64,000 nucleotides of DNA, taken from positions 1 through 64,000 of IMG/VR virus record IMGVR_UViG_3300047319_000798. The stretch is one strand, 5' to 3'. This stretch comes from a virus. The position numbers were made by a program, and so were the translations under genes. Below the pieces are notes generated by a model. The model did not search any database. It saw only the letters and a program-made list of their open reading frames with translations, and was not told the DNA's origin. Of this stretch, positions 47,325 to 56,484 are shown piece after piece; position 1 is the first letter of the stretch, and every line of letters starts with the position of its first letter.

Positions 47325-48041
47325 TTACGCACCCAGGACCGACAGGCGGTCCTTACGCGAACGCTTCCAGCCCATCACGCCCATGAGCGCGAAGCCGCTG
47401 AGCAACATCGCCCAGGTCTTGGGCTCCGGCACCGCCGACGCCTCCATCGAGACGCCCTGGACAAAGATGCTGGCACCCGGCTGAAGGGTAAGGGTGAGGC
47501 TCTCCGCCAGCCCGTAGGGGCTGTTGAGAAGGTCGCTGCCGAACCCGTTGAACGCGAACGACTGCGGCCCGGTCAGCCCACCAGAGTTGAAATCTCCGAT
47601 GTCGAGGCCGGTGATGGCGAAGCCGGTCCCGTTAAGCGAATTGCTCGCGTCGGCGAAGAACGAGCCGGACAAGTCAGACCCGAACAGCGTGGCGCCCACA
47701 GCCGCCGTAAGGTTGAACCCAAACGAAGGCCCAAGGAAGCCGTTAGCCCCGGCGATGATGCGCAGCGTCTGCACCGTGCCAGTGGTGTTGTCGATGTTGA
47801 TGTTGCCCTCAGTCAAACCATTGGGGCTGGTCCCCCGGTTGACGAAGGACAGGGACACCGTCACGCCGTCGAAGTTCTGCGACGCGAGAGCCGATGTGCC
47901 GGTTCCACTGGCGGTTTCAAACCCGCCGGGGTCCGCCGCGTTCCACATGATGAGGGCCGTGTTGGCCGCCATCGCGGGGCTGGCCACCGCCAACGCCGCA
48001 AGTCCTACGGCACCAAGCGCCGCCGCCTTAAAAATCCCCAT
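47325..48041 (-). CDS. PEP-CTERM (PEPxxWA-type) protein
   Basis: GGAG SD, signal peptide ...ASPAMA; VPEPKTWAMLLSGFALMG + KRSRK. Confidence 0.88.
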   Translation of the reverse strand: MGIFKAAALGAVGLAALAVASPAMAANTALIMWNAADPGGFETASGTGTSALASQNFDGVTVSLSFVNRGTSPNGLTEGNINIDNTTGTVQTLRIIAGANGFLGPSFGFNLTAAVGATLFGSDLSGSFFADASNSLNGTGFAITGLDIGDFNSGGLTGPQSFAFNGFGSDLLNSPYGLAESLTLTLQPGASIFVQGVSMEASAVPEPKTWAMLLSGFALMGVMGWKRSRKDRLSVLGA

Positions 48042-48151
48042 GTGTTTATCTCCATATGCCGGAAAAGGGTCCGGTCCCTGTAACAACTTCGCATGTTAAC
48101 GGAATTTAATCTTCGCGTCTAGGTAAATTATGAGGATACTGTAGAGGTTTT

Positions 48152-48280
48152 TCAAAACAGTTTTGATACCATCCAGATAACGAAGCCCGCCAAGGCTCCG
48201 AAACAGAGCACCATGGTGAATGCCTCACGGCCCGGGTATTTCACCGGTGCCCAGTAGGGCTCATAGTCGTTATCATCCAT
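48152..48280 (-). CDS. 42 aa single-TM peptide (not in ORF track)
   Basis: MDDNDYEPYWAPVKYPGREAFTMVLCFGALAGFVIWMVSKLF; overlaps upstream stop. Confidence 0.5.
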   Translation of the reverse strand: MDDNDYEPYWAPVKYPGREAFTMVLCFGALAGFVIWMVSKLF

Positions 48281-48545
48281 CTTCCCTCTCCCCTAGTGTG
48301 ATCAGCTGATCCGCGATAGCGTAAGCTGTATCCGTGTCTCGGGTGGACCAGTCAGTCACGGGATTGCCGCCGCGCCGCTTAATCGCCAGCGCCACCGCCA
48401 GTACAGCGTCCCGCCGCGCCTCAGATCGCTTGAGCGCCGCTCTATGAGCCGCGTCCGCGATACCGTGATCCGCATCCCCTACAATCTCCTTGTCGCTGGG
48501 CGGTATCGCGCCCAGTATGCGCTTGAACGCGGGTTCGTCATCCAT
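48273..48545 (-). CDS. hypothetical protein
   Basis: GAGGA SD before ATG. Confidence 0.6.
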   Translation of the reverse strand: MDDEPAFKRILGAIPPSDKEIVGDADHGIADAAHRAALKRSEARRDAVLAVALAIKRRGGNPVTDWSTRDTDTAYAIADQLITLGEREDG

Positions 48546-48560
48546 TAGCTATCCTCAAAC

Positions 48561-48592
48561 GAAAAAGGGCGGAGGCCCGATGCCTCCGCCCT
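48561..48592 (-). terminator. intrinsic terminator
   Basis: Minus strand AGGGCGGAGGC-ATCGG-GCCTCCGCCCT then T-run. Confidence 0.8.
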
Positions 48593-48618
48593 GTAACTAA
48601 CCCGGCGTGTAATTAAAG

Positions 48619-49248
48619 TCAAGTGCCGAAAAGGCCGTCAAGGCTGTCGTCCTTGATGGCGAAGCCCGCAGCCGGGGCCTTGGCCCGGGGAAGCGGCTTG
48701 GCGCTCCAGCCAGTGGCCGTGGCGTGACCGGCCAGAGGCCGCTCGCTGTGCTTGGGCGGGGCTTCGACCGCGAACCGGCCCGCGCACTCCGGGCCTAGAC
48801 CCGATGCGATGCTGCCCGGCACCGTGAGCTTGCGGCCGCAGCGGGCGCAGGTGCCCTCGTGCCAGTACTCAACCTGGTTGAGGGCGCTGGCGGTGGCCGT
48901 GCGCTGGGCGATAGGGGCCAGAGCGGCGCTGAGGAACCAGTTGATAGCCTTGTAGGACGGGGCCATATCGCTGATTTTGGACTTGGCCGTGCGGCGGAAC
49001 GAATACATGCCGCTATTCGCCCGGGTGATGATGCCCGTGTAGGCGAAATTGGAGTTGTTGTCGGGGCCGGTCATGGTCGACACGAACCAGAGTTCCTTGC
49101 GCGCGCCGTTTTCTTCCTCGTCAACCTGGCTGACGCGATAGGTAAACCGGGTGCCGGTCTTCTTGGAGACTAGGGTGAAGGTGGCGTTGCCGGCCAACAC
49201 TAGAACAGGGATGCGGTCGGCGTCGTTGATTTGGGCCTTGGTGATCAT
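48619..49248 (-). CDS. DUF6011-like zinc-ribbon protein
   Basis: AGNATFTL.S..TG.RFTY; CARCGRKLT.P.SI..GLGPECA. Confidence 0.78.
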   Translation of the reverse strand: MITKAQINDADRIPVLVLAGNATFTLVSKKTGTRFTYRVSQVDEEENGARKELWFVSTMTGPDNNSNFAYTGIITRANSGMYSFRRTAKSKISDMAPSYKAINWFLSAALAPIAQRTATASALNQVEYWHEGTCARCGRKLTVPGSIASGLGPECAGRFAVEAPPKHSERPLAGHATATGWSAKPLPRAKAPAAGFAIKDDSLDGLFGT

Positions 49249-49268
49249 CTGAGAGGTTCCTGGCGGGG

Positions 49269-49326
49269 GGAGCCCAATTGCTCCACCCCACAACAGTTAC
49301 ATAAGCGCTTCAGTTACAGAAGTCAA
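49269..49326 (-). promoter_or_regulatory. sigma70-type promoter plus AATTGG-loop hairpin
   Basis: TTGACT(49326)-N17-TATGTA; GGAGC-AATTGG-GCTCC, loop 49274-49279. Confidence 0.8.
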
Positions 49327-49332
49327 GCCCAG

Positions 49333-49497
49333 TTAGAGATTATTTTTGCGGGCGTATTCCTTGGCCGCTTTAACGTCTGGGAATTGGCGGTCTATCCCTT
49401 CAATTTCTGCCCAGCTGCCGATTGCGGCTGACCGATATTCGATGATCGCCCGCTTGGCGGGGGTAAAGGCTACGACTTCGCAAACGCCGTAATTCAT
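49333..49497 (-). CDS. 54 aa hypothetical protein (not in ORF track)
   Basis: MNYGVCEVVAFTPAKR...AAKEYARKNNL; sits exactly between two promoters. Confidence 0.6.
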   Translation of the reverse strand: MNYGVCEVVAFTPAKRAIIEYRSAAIGSWAEIEGIDRQFPDVKAAKEYARKNNL

Positions 49498-49509
49498 ATT
49501 GGTTGGTTT

Positions 49510-49578
49510 CCCGTCTAGAGCGGCCCAATTGCGGCTCTAGACGGGGATTCATATAGTGGGTCTGGATACAGAAGTCAA
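49510..49578 (-). promoter_or_regulatory. sigma70-type promoter plus long AATTGG-loop hairpin
   Basis: TTGACT(49578)-N17-TATATG; CCCGTCTAGAGC..GC-AATTGG-GC..GCTCTAGACGGG. Confidence 0.8.
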
Positions 49579-49584
49579 GACCCA

Positions 49585-49842
49585 TCAATCGTTGAAGATG
49601 GTGAGCATTTCGTGCTTGTGCATGAAATACCACATCTGGATATCGCCCTCCAGATCGCGCTGGGTCACAGTGTGGCGGAACGGGGCCAGCTGGCCGACTA
49701 GCCGCCGAACCCAGACCCCATTGGCCGCGCCATTACCCCAATACAGCGGGTAATAGCCGTTGAAGCCGCAGGTGGAGGCCTCCTCACAGAGGCCCCCCAT
49801 ATGGCGCTCATCCAGCGCCCTATCCTGGTTGATGGGGATCAT
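49585..49842 (-). CDS. hypothetical protein
   Basis: ATGA-coupled, GAGG SD. Confidence 0.6.
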   Translation of the reverse strand: MIPINQDRALDERHMGGLCEEASTCGFNGYYPLYWGNGAANGVWVRRLVGQLAPFRHTVTQRDLEGDIQMWYFMHKHEMLTIFND

Positions 49843-50303
49843 GACCGGTCCTCAAACAGGTTGAAGAGCCGCCCGCTGAATCCCTTCTGGCTGAATTCAT
49901 CGGAATCAAGCACTAGGTCCGCAACCACGCCCTGGTTATCTCGCTTGATTTCATAACACCGCATCTTGCCGTCGCCATGGCGGTTGAAGGCGTTGCAGAT
50001 CACAACCTCCCGCCGCTTGTCGGAGAGGCGCGGCTGGATGTAGGGTTCACCCTTTTGTTGCGTGGACAACCAGGCTTCAGAGATGAAGCTATAGCTGACC
50101 GCCCGCTCTTTTTTGAGCAGCGCGCGGATGGCCGTTATGGCGTACTCTTTCTCCGCATCGCCAGACCACGGCGTTCCCACAAACGTGGTTTTGTCCTTGC
50201 CCTGGATCACGAACGTGGGCATAATCTCAGCGCCCGCGTTACCGATCAGCTCGGCGCGGGCCAAACCAATGGCCATGTCGAGCAGTTCATCAACAGACAA
50301 CAT
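49839..50303 (-). CDS. hypothetical protein
   Basis: 154 aa coupled ORF; ISEAW motif. Confidence 0.7.
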   Translation of the reverse strand: MLSVDELLDMAIGLARAELIGNAGAEIMPTFVIQGKDKTTFVGTPWSGDAEKEYAITAIRALLKKERAVSYSFISEAWLSTQQKGEPYIQPRLSDKRREVVICNAFNRHGDGKMRCYEIKRDNQGVVADLVLDSDEFSQKGFSGRLFNLFEDRS

Positions 50304-50533
50304 TAGAGTATCCTCGCTGCTGCTGTCTTCACGGCCTTCCAGCCGTGGGCCTTGATCAGCGCGTCCACTTCCGTGTCCGCCGCCGGATAGCCGTTGGTCC
50401 TCATCCGGCCCGCGTCAAGGACCAGTTCAGCCAACCCCGCCTTCGAGGTTACGCCTATCTCCGCCGCGTCACCCGCGACGTAATCCGCAGTGGCGCAGAT
50501 CGCGCGCTGCGTCTCCAGTGTGAATTTTACCAT
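50303..50533 (-). CDS. hypothetical protein
   Basis: TAATG-coupled to next gene. Confidence 0.6.
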   Translation of the reverse strand: MVKFTLETQRAICATADYVAGDAAEIGVTSKAGLAELVLDAGRMRTNGYPAADTEVDALIKAHGWKAVKTAAARIL

Positions 50534-50534
50534 T

Positions 50535-50660
50535 TCAGTTTCCTAACCAGGTCATGATGAGGGCAAGAACAGGGATAGCGATGATGATCATCGCGATGAA
50601 GCGCAGGGCAGGGACCGAGAGGACCACGCCAAGCGCGATGATTGCGACGAGCCAGATCAT
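50535..50660 (-). CDS. 41 aa hydrophobic membrane peptide (not in ORF track)
   Basis: MIWLVAIIALGVVLSVPALRFIAMIIIAIPVLALIMTWLGN; ATGA overlap. Confidence 0.55.
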   Translation of the reverse strand: MIWLVAIIALGVVLSVPALRFIAMIIIAIPVLALIMTWLGN

Positions 50661-50962
50661 TCGTCCACACTCAACATGTAAGCCTTGGCGACCTTGTATT
50701 CATCCAGGCAGGATATGCCAGGGGTTTGACCCTGGTCGAGCAATGTGAAGTTGTGCGAACCCCGATCCATGAGGGCCTGCATAGCAGGGCCAAACTTCAT
50801 CGCCAACTGCTGGCGTTGATAGGGGGTGGTGCGGGCGTCCATCGCGTGTTGGTAGGCACTGGACAACATCGTCTTTTCAAGTGTGCAGAGAGTAACGCTG
50901 GCGGGCTCAGCTAGCGCCGGGGATGCAGCCAAGAGGACTGCAGTGAAAAGAAGGGCTTTCAT
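50657..50962 (-). CDS. secreted hypothetical protein
   Basis: AAGGA SD; signal peptide MKALLFTAVLLAASPALA. Confidence 0.65.
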   Translation of the reverse strand: MKALLFTAVLLAASPALAEPASVTLCTLEKTMLSSAYQHAMDARTTPYQRQQLAMKFGPAMQALMDRGSHNFTLLDQGQTPGISCLDEYKVAKAYMLSVDE

Positions 50963-51023
50963 TGGAGTGGTTCCTTGAGAGAGTGGGGGAACCGCCCACC
51001 GGTGAGGGTGGGCGGTCTGGGCC

Positions 51024-51812
51024 TTAGCCGATGGTGACGCGCGTGGAGCGCTTTGCGTCGGCGGCCAGCCAGTCACGGACCTTCCAGTTGAGGCCGTTCG
51101 GACCGCCATCGGGGCGACCGGCGAACTCAGGCTGGGTGCGCAGCCACGCCTTGGCGTCCGCCAGGAACTCCGCAACGGTCATGCCGTCGCGGTAAAGGTG
51201 CCAGCGCGGCTCGCGGTCCACGTGCCCTGCCTTCTCGGCGATGTTGGAGATCACCATGTCGTCCGTGAACGACCGCTGACCCACCACATAGGTGGACCCG
51301 TCCTTCTTGGAGGCCACGCAGGTGACCAGCGCGCCTAAAGCCTTTGGCCCCTTAACCTCGACAATCTCCGCGTCCTCGGTCTTGGCCTTGGCCTTCTTGC
51401 CCTTGGGCGCAACGACCGTGGCTGGCTTCGTGGGCTTGTCCGCGATTACGTCCGACTTGACGGCGTTGAGGTCGACTTCGCCTTCCTCGGTAACAACCGT
51501 GATCTTGGTCACTTCCGGTTGCGCCGCCCCGTTAGCCTTGATCGCCTCTTGCGCCCGGTCGCCCATTTCGGTGAACCGGCGAAGAGCCGTGAGCTTGTCC
51601 GCGAACTTCTTGACTGGGGACGGAATAGTGCGGTCCTGATCGGTCTGGTCCTGGAGGAACTTGACGATGTCGTTAAACATCACCACCATTTCCGCCGGGG
51701 TGTAGTTGCCGATGCACCCGCGATAGGTGTGGTGCTCCTCGTCGTTGGCCGATACGATGTGCGTGATATCCTTAGCCTTAAGGACCAGCTTGTTGTTATG
51801 GAACTCATACAT
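51024..51812 (-). CDS. hypothetical protein, possibly DNA-binding
   Basis: 262 aa after promoter; Lys-rich linker; YRDGMTVAEFL segment. Confidence 0.65.
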   Translation of the reverse strand: MYEFHNNKLVLKAKDITHIVSANDEEHHTYRGCIGNYTPAEMVVMFNDIVKFLQDQTDQDRTIPSPVKKFADKLTALRRFTEMGDRAQEAIKANGAAQPEVTKITVVTEEGEVDLNAVKSDVIADKPTKPATVVAPKGKKAKAKTEDAEIVEVKGPKALGALVTCVASKKDGSTYVVGQRSFTDDMVISNIAEKAGHVDREPRWHLYRDGMTVAEFLADAKAWLRTQPEFAGRPDGGPNGLNWKVRDWLAADAKRSTRVTIG

Positions 51813-51836
51813 TGGGGTAGGTTCTTTCGATTCAAG

Positions 51837-51893
51837 AGCGGCCCGATTGCCGCTGGTGAAACGCTACTTAGGCTGTTACAGAGACAAAGTCAA
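51837..51893 (-). promoter_or_regulatory. sigma70-type promoter plus AATCGG-loop hairpin
   Basis: TTGACT(51893)-N17-TAAGTA; AGCGGC-AATCGG-GCCGCT at 51837-51854. Confidence 0.78.
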
Positions 51894-51908
51894 GGGGGGT
51901 TTCAATAA

Positions 51909-54059
51909 TTATTTTTCACCCAGCTTCTCCTTGGCCTCTCCCCAGGAAGCCCCAAATTCAACATCGACCTTCATCGGGATCACCAGTGGGATGGCATCGA
52001 TCATCAGCTTGGCGCACTTGCGCGCTGATTCCGGGTTGTCGAAGGAGAAGCCCAGTTCATCGTGCATCTGGATCATGGGCAGGTAGCCAGCGCGCCCGAT
52101 ATCCCGCATAGCCCGCTTCATCTGGCGGGCGGCGCTACCCTGGATCAGGTGGTTGAATGCCTTGTAGGTAAACGAATGGCGCACTGGCTTCTGCCAGGGG
52201 TGATGGGGATCATCAATCCGCGCCTGGGCCTCCTCCCGGCTAGCTGCTGGCTTGAACGCATCCTCAAGATTGCCATACAGGCGCACGCCCTCTGCCTGGA
52301 ATGCGCGCTTGTATTCATCCTTGTCCTTCTTGTACCAGAATGAGCCTTCAAACCCCGGGTAGTGGGACCGCGCGCCGTCGATCAGCCGAATAGAGCCGCG
52401 CTCAGACGCCATCCAGATGATGATATTGGCTATCCCGGCGACAAAGGGCAGCCGCTCATCATAGGTGTTCATAGTGGCCTTGGCTTCCTCGTAATCCATC
52501 CCGGTCATTGCGGAGAACTGGCCGATACCCGCGCCGAATGCCTTGGCGAAGTTCACGTCCTTAGCGCGGCGGCGCTGGAGGCGGGTAATCTCCGCCACCC
52601 AACTGTGAAAGTCCACGTCCGGGTTGCGCCGGTATTCATCCCCGGTGGTGATGGCGGTCTTAACCAGCTCACGCAGTGAGACGTGCCGCCGCCCGGGCGG
52701 GATATGGGCGATGATTTCGGTGCGCAGCTTATCCAGCGCCGCGTCGGACAGAGTAGCCATGGTCTCCGCCACGTGGACGATGAGGCGAAATTCCTGCTGG
52801 CTATAATCCACCGCATACCATCGCGTACCCTCTTCCGGCAGGAAGATCGAACGGATACGCGGGGCCAGCTCATCGTCGCGGGACGGCATCTGCTGGAGCG
52901 GCGGGTGATCATAAGAGAACCGGTGGGACCGTGTACCGCCATCCTCATTGCGGAACTGGTTGATGGAGGCGTGGACCCGGCCATTGTATTCGGTGTTGAA
53001 GATATATTCGCCCACGAATTTGTCGCCGGCAGCGTCCAGTGTTCTAATGCGCTGGATCAGGCGCGGCAGCTCATGGCGATGGTTCTTCATCCATGGGCCT
53101 TCGAACTGGGGCTGGGCCTGACCGCGCGTCTCCCCTCCCGCCGTCCAGCCGTATTTGATCCCTACGCCGTCAAAGACCTTGGCCAGTGCCCAGGGTGAGC
53201 GGATGACCTTAATGTCCAGATGCATACCGGCGGAGCGGGCGGCAGCGTTGATTAATTCATCCCGCTGCGTGTTTAGATCGTGCTGGAGCCGCTCGGCAGC
53301 ATCCAGATCGACCCGAATGCCCCGGCGACGCATCCGCTGGGTCATCGGCATTAGCTCCATCTCCGTGGTGTAGGCGTCCCAGGAGCCTTCCGCCTCAACG
53401 AGGGGTCTAAGTATGTCGTAGAGTTCGAGTGTGGCTCCTGCGTCACGCTCCGCATACGGACCCACGTACTTCCCGGGCAGCCGCCAGAGGTTCTCCCCGG
53501 TTGACCCCTTCAAGCCCAGAACCTTGCAGGCTTCCACCAGCATTGATTCGTCCTTGCCCGGAATGCCCCGCCATTTACACAGGTCATCGAGCTTGTAGCT
53601 GGGAAGGCTTTCGATCAGGAACGCGGCCAGCGCGCCGGTGTCGTTAATCCGTGCCGGTGGGGGTATCTCCCATTGGGCGAATATCCAGCCCAGATCGTAG
53701 CCGATGTTGTGGCCGACAAACTCTGTGTGGTCCTGGCGGAATAGGGCGCGCAACCACGTGCCTACGGTTTCATAGGGCCAGTTCGCGGTCTCCCTCAGAT
53801 GCCACAATGGTATGTAGATCGAACCGCCGTGCCAGGCCACCGACACCCCTAGCACATAGTTGGTGGTGGAGGTTCCCATGAACCAGCCGGGGCCGCGCTT
53901 CTTGGTCTTGTCCAACAGACCATCGTCGCGCGTCTCGGTGTCTATCGCCACCACCTTAGCCTGGCTAAGGTCCGGCAGGTCGCTCGGCTCTAGCCAGTTT
54001 GATTCAGGCATAAATAGGTCTGACTGCTCGAAGCTGCGCTTGAGCTTCTTGTACTTCAT
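51909..54059 (-). CDS. phage DNA polymerase, family A, with 3'-5' exonuclease
   Basis: Exo IDTET, HNIGYD, YAERDA; motif A DYSQQEFR, motif B RRRAKDVNFAKAFG, IQGSAA, motif C MHDELGF. Confidence 0.93.
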   Translation of the reverse strand: MKYKKLKRSFEQSDLFMPESNWLEPSDLPDLSQAKVVAIDTETRDDGLLDKTKKRGPGWFMGTSTTNYVLGVSVAWHGGSIYIPLWHLRETANWPYETVGTWLRALFRQDHTEFVGHNIGYDLGWIFAQWEIPPPARINDTGALAAFLIESLPSYKLDDLCKWRGIPGKDESMLVEACKVLGLKGSTGENLWRLPGKYVGPYAERDAGATLELYDILRPLVEAEGSWDAYTTEMELMPMTQRMRRRGIRVDLDAAERLQHDLNTQRDELINAAARSAGMHLDIKVIRSPWALAKVFDGVGIKYGWTAGGETRGQAQPQFEGPWMKNHRHELPRLIQRIRTLDAAGDKFVGEYIFNTEYNGRVHASINQFRNEDGGTRSHRFSYDHPPLQQMPSRDDELAPRIRSIFLPEEGTRWYAVDYSQQEFRLIVHVAETMATLSDAALDKLRTEIIAHIPPGRRHVSLRELVKTAITTGDEYRRNPDVDFHSWVAEITRLQRRRAKDVNFAKAFGAGIGQFSAMTGMDYEEAKATMNTYDERLPFVAGIANIIIWMASERGSIRLIDGARSHYPGFEGSFWYKKDKDEYKRAFQAEGVRLYGNLEDAFKPAASREEAQARIDDPHHPWQKPVRHSFTYKAFNHLIQGSAARQMKRAMRDIGRAGYLPMIQMHDELGFSFDNPESARKCAKLMIDAIPLVIPMKVDVEFGASWGEAKEKLGEK

Positions 54060-54075
54060 CCTGATTCGTTCGGAT

Positions 54076-54387
54076 TCAGGCGGAAGGCGGTAGAACATCG
54101 TCCTCGTCCTCGTCACCATCCTCTTTCATCACTGCATCTTCGCCTTTTATCGCGGTCATATACCCCGTTGTCCAGCCGGCAGCATATATTATGGCGGTTT
54201 CCTGATCACCAAAATTAGCCAAACTGTAGTAAAGGCCCCTTTTGGTAGCCAAAAGCACTTCCCAATTGTAAGGCCCGGTTACGTGCGGACCGTTGTCCTG
54301 GTAAACAAATACGCGGGGCCGTGGCGCGGATAGCTCCGGATCATGTTTACATACAGCCGCCGTGTCTGCCACCATCCATAAACTCAT
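54076..54387 (-). CDS. hypothetical protein
   Basis: ATGA-coupled within operon. Confidence 0.55.
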   Translation of the reverse strand: MSLWMVADTAAVCKHDPELSAPRPRVFVYQDNGPHVTGPYNWEVLLATKRGLYYSLANFGDQETAIIYAAGWTTGYMTAIKGEDAVMKEDGDEDEDDVLPPSA

Positions 54388-54794
54388 TGTTCCATCCTCG
54401 CGTGGTGGCCCCCATCAGCTGGCGTGCCCGGGCCAACCTCGTCCTCTTCGATGATAGGTTTCATCTGCGGGCGCGGCGGAACCACTGTCACGTCATGTCC
54501 TCCGGTTATCGTCGCCCCGGTCACGTGGTGCGGGGCCTTGAGCTTAGCCTTTTCGTCAGCGATTAAAAACTCCAGGTAATGCAGGGCTTTCTCTAGGTCA
54601 ACTAGACCTTTGGCGCGGCCATCTACACTACCATGCACGCGCCAGCGCGACACGTACTTGATGATGTTCCCATCAACATAAGGGATATTGTTGACGTGGC
54701 AGTATTCCATGGGCTGAATAACGAAGCCCTTGTAATGCTGGCCACCAACCTGCCTCTTCAGCTGCTCGTCGCGGTCGCTCAAAATTCCCTCCAC
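54384..54794 (-). CDS. DUF3310 protein (T7 gp1.7-like putative nucleotide kinase)
   Basis: QVGGQHYK..IQP...GNIIKYVSRW...DLEKALHYL. Confidence 0.82.
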   Translation of the reverse strand: MEGILSDRDEQLKRQVGGQHYKGFVIQPMEYCHVNNIPYVDGNIIKYVSRWRVHGSVDGRAKGLVDLEKALHYLEFLIADEKAKLKAPHHVTGATITGGHDVTVVPPRPQMKPIIEEDEVGPGTPADGGHHARMEQ

Positions 54795-55378
54795 ATGGCC
54801 AAGAGTGTCTTGGCGGTTTCATCTGGAAATTGCTGCTGCATAAAGAAATTGAGGCGGCGCAGCACATAGGCGCGGATTGCCCGCGCTTCCTCTGGGGTAA
54901 ACGCGCCCAGCATAGCGTAAGCCGCGTCAAGCGTTCTCACCGCCACAGTCCAGCCGAACCGCGAACCTAGCGTGGTTTCCACCATACCCTCTTCCGCCAT
55001 CTCGATCAGCTCAGCTATCTTGGCGTGCTTGGCCATCTTGCATTCCAGCGGGATATTGAACCCCCAGAACGCGCTCTGGCTGGTCTTGGCCTTGTCCTCA
55101 ACCTCCTGGAACCGACGGCGCAGCTCCGGGTTGTTGCGCTTCACCGGGTAAGGCGGATCACCCGTGATGATCTCGCCGCTATCGTGGAACATAATGTATA
55201 GAAACGTCTCCTGGTCTGGTGGCCCGAATAGACAAGTGTAGACGCGTAGCAACTGCCAGGTATGCTCAGCCACCGTCTGCCGCCGGATAGTGGGCCACGT
55301 GTGGTAACGTTCCACTGTACCTGCGAGGCGCAGGTCCATTACAATCATACGCGCCGCGCCGTTCTGATGATCGGTCAT
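54779..55378 (-). CDS. HD-domain nucleotidase (YfbR/DatZ-like)
   Basis: RYH, VAEHT, FHDSGE..TGD.PYPVK. Confidence 0.82.
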   Translation of the reverse strand: MTDHQNGAARMIVMDLRLAGTVERYHTWPTIRRQTVAEHTWQLLRVYTCLFGPPDQETFLYIMFHDSGEIITGDPPYPVKRNNPELRRRFQEVEDKAKTSQSAFWGFNIPLECKMAKHAKIAELIEMAEEGMVETTLGSRFGWTVAVRTLDAAYAMLGAFTPEEARAIRAYVLRRLNFFMQQQFPDETAKTLLAMWREF

Positions 55379-56484
55379 ACGGCGGTCTTAATTGTATTAG
55401 AGTGCGCGGTCAAGTCTTTTTTCGCGTGACGATGTAACCATTCTATACCGGCTTGTTTCCAATCTGGGGCGTTTACAAAGGTCATAAGGTGGTGGGCACT
55501 GGGCTGATTCTTGTGTTTGTAGAAATAATAGGCGCTGGCCATGTAGTATACATCTTCAAGGAATGGGTTGTTGACGCTGCTGAATGGTATATCATTCCCC
55601 GGGCCAATGGTATGAACCTTGTCAAGGGCATTCCATAACCGTTTGAGGTCTTGATCAAACCTGCCGGCATCACCCATAAGCGGGGTCACCGGCCCATAAT
55701 CCTCTAGCCCCGTGGCTAGGGCGAGGTAAACCTGGTCAACGGTACACTTACTGGACAGTTTAGCGCCTTTGTAAAGGCGTTCCCATACGTCCACGTACAT
55801 ATGGAAATCATTGGTGAACTGCGTGTACTGGCCGACACCTACGCCCACCTTGCTGGCGACGTACTCCTGAAGGAAGGAGAGATGGACGGCGTTGGCCCCG
55901 TATGCGCCCCACAGAATGTCGTTCGACCGGTTGCTCACGGTCATGTCCAGACAGCCGTAACGGATGCGGAACATCACCTGTAGGTTACAGGGCTTGGCCA
56001 GGGTGGTGGTTAGGTCTTCTGGGTCCCACATAGTGAGCACGGCGCGGCGGGTGGTGGGGTCCGCCTTGATTAGCTTGATTACCTCATCGAGCTGGTCGAA
56101 GCCCCAGTGGTGGCGCCAGCGATAGCCGTAGCCATCGGTGATCACCCCTTTATAGCCGAACCGGGTGCCAAAGTCCTTGATGTAGAAGTCCAGAGGCGCA
56201 GCGTCCTCCCGCCCCGCCAGCATCCACATAGCCTCGACCAGGTGGAAGAATGGATTGGCGTTCCGCACAGGACTCAGCAACACCCTCTGGGCGGGTGAGC
56301 GATAAATGGTGGCCACCGGCCCCTCGGGATAGGCGATAACCGGGCCGTTTCGGCTATCCTGCACTTCTCCGTGGCGGAGGAGCAGCATAATGCCACGGGG
56401 CAAAGCCTCGCGAACATTCTCCACAGTGAATCTAAACATGCCTTCCCTCGCCAAATCTCCCAGCTCAATCGCCATACGACACAT
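55375..56484 (-). CDS. thymidylate synthase-fold dUMP hydroxymethylase
   Basis: ANPFFH..E, YGYRW, DQL, TRRAVL.MWDP, KPCN, RSNDILWGAYGAN (Asn = dUMP-type), FHMY. Confidence 0.87.
   Translation of the reverse strand: MCRMAIELGDLAREGMFRFTVENVREALPRGIMLLLRHGEVQDSRNGPVIAYPEGPVATIYRSPAQRVLLSPVRNANPFFHLVEAMWMLAGREDAAPLDFYIKDFGTRFGYKGVITDGYGYRWRHHWGFDQLDEVIKLIKADPTTRRAVLTMWDPEDLTTTLAKPCNLQVMFRIRYGCLDMTVSNRSNDILWGAYGANAVHLSFLQEYVASKVGVGVGQYTQFTNDFHMYVDVWERLYKGAKLSSKCTVDQVYLALATGLEDYGPVTPLMGDAGRFDQDLKRLWNALDKVHTIGPGNDIPFSSVNNPFLEDVYYMASAYYFYKHKNQPSAHHLMTFVNAPDWKQAGIEWLHRHAKKDLTAHSNTIKTAV

Noticed and set aside
48096-48110. CtrA box upstream of the PEP-CTERM genes
   Set aside because: TTAA-N6-TTAA, not the canonical N7 spacing; only a half-site can be supported.
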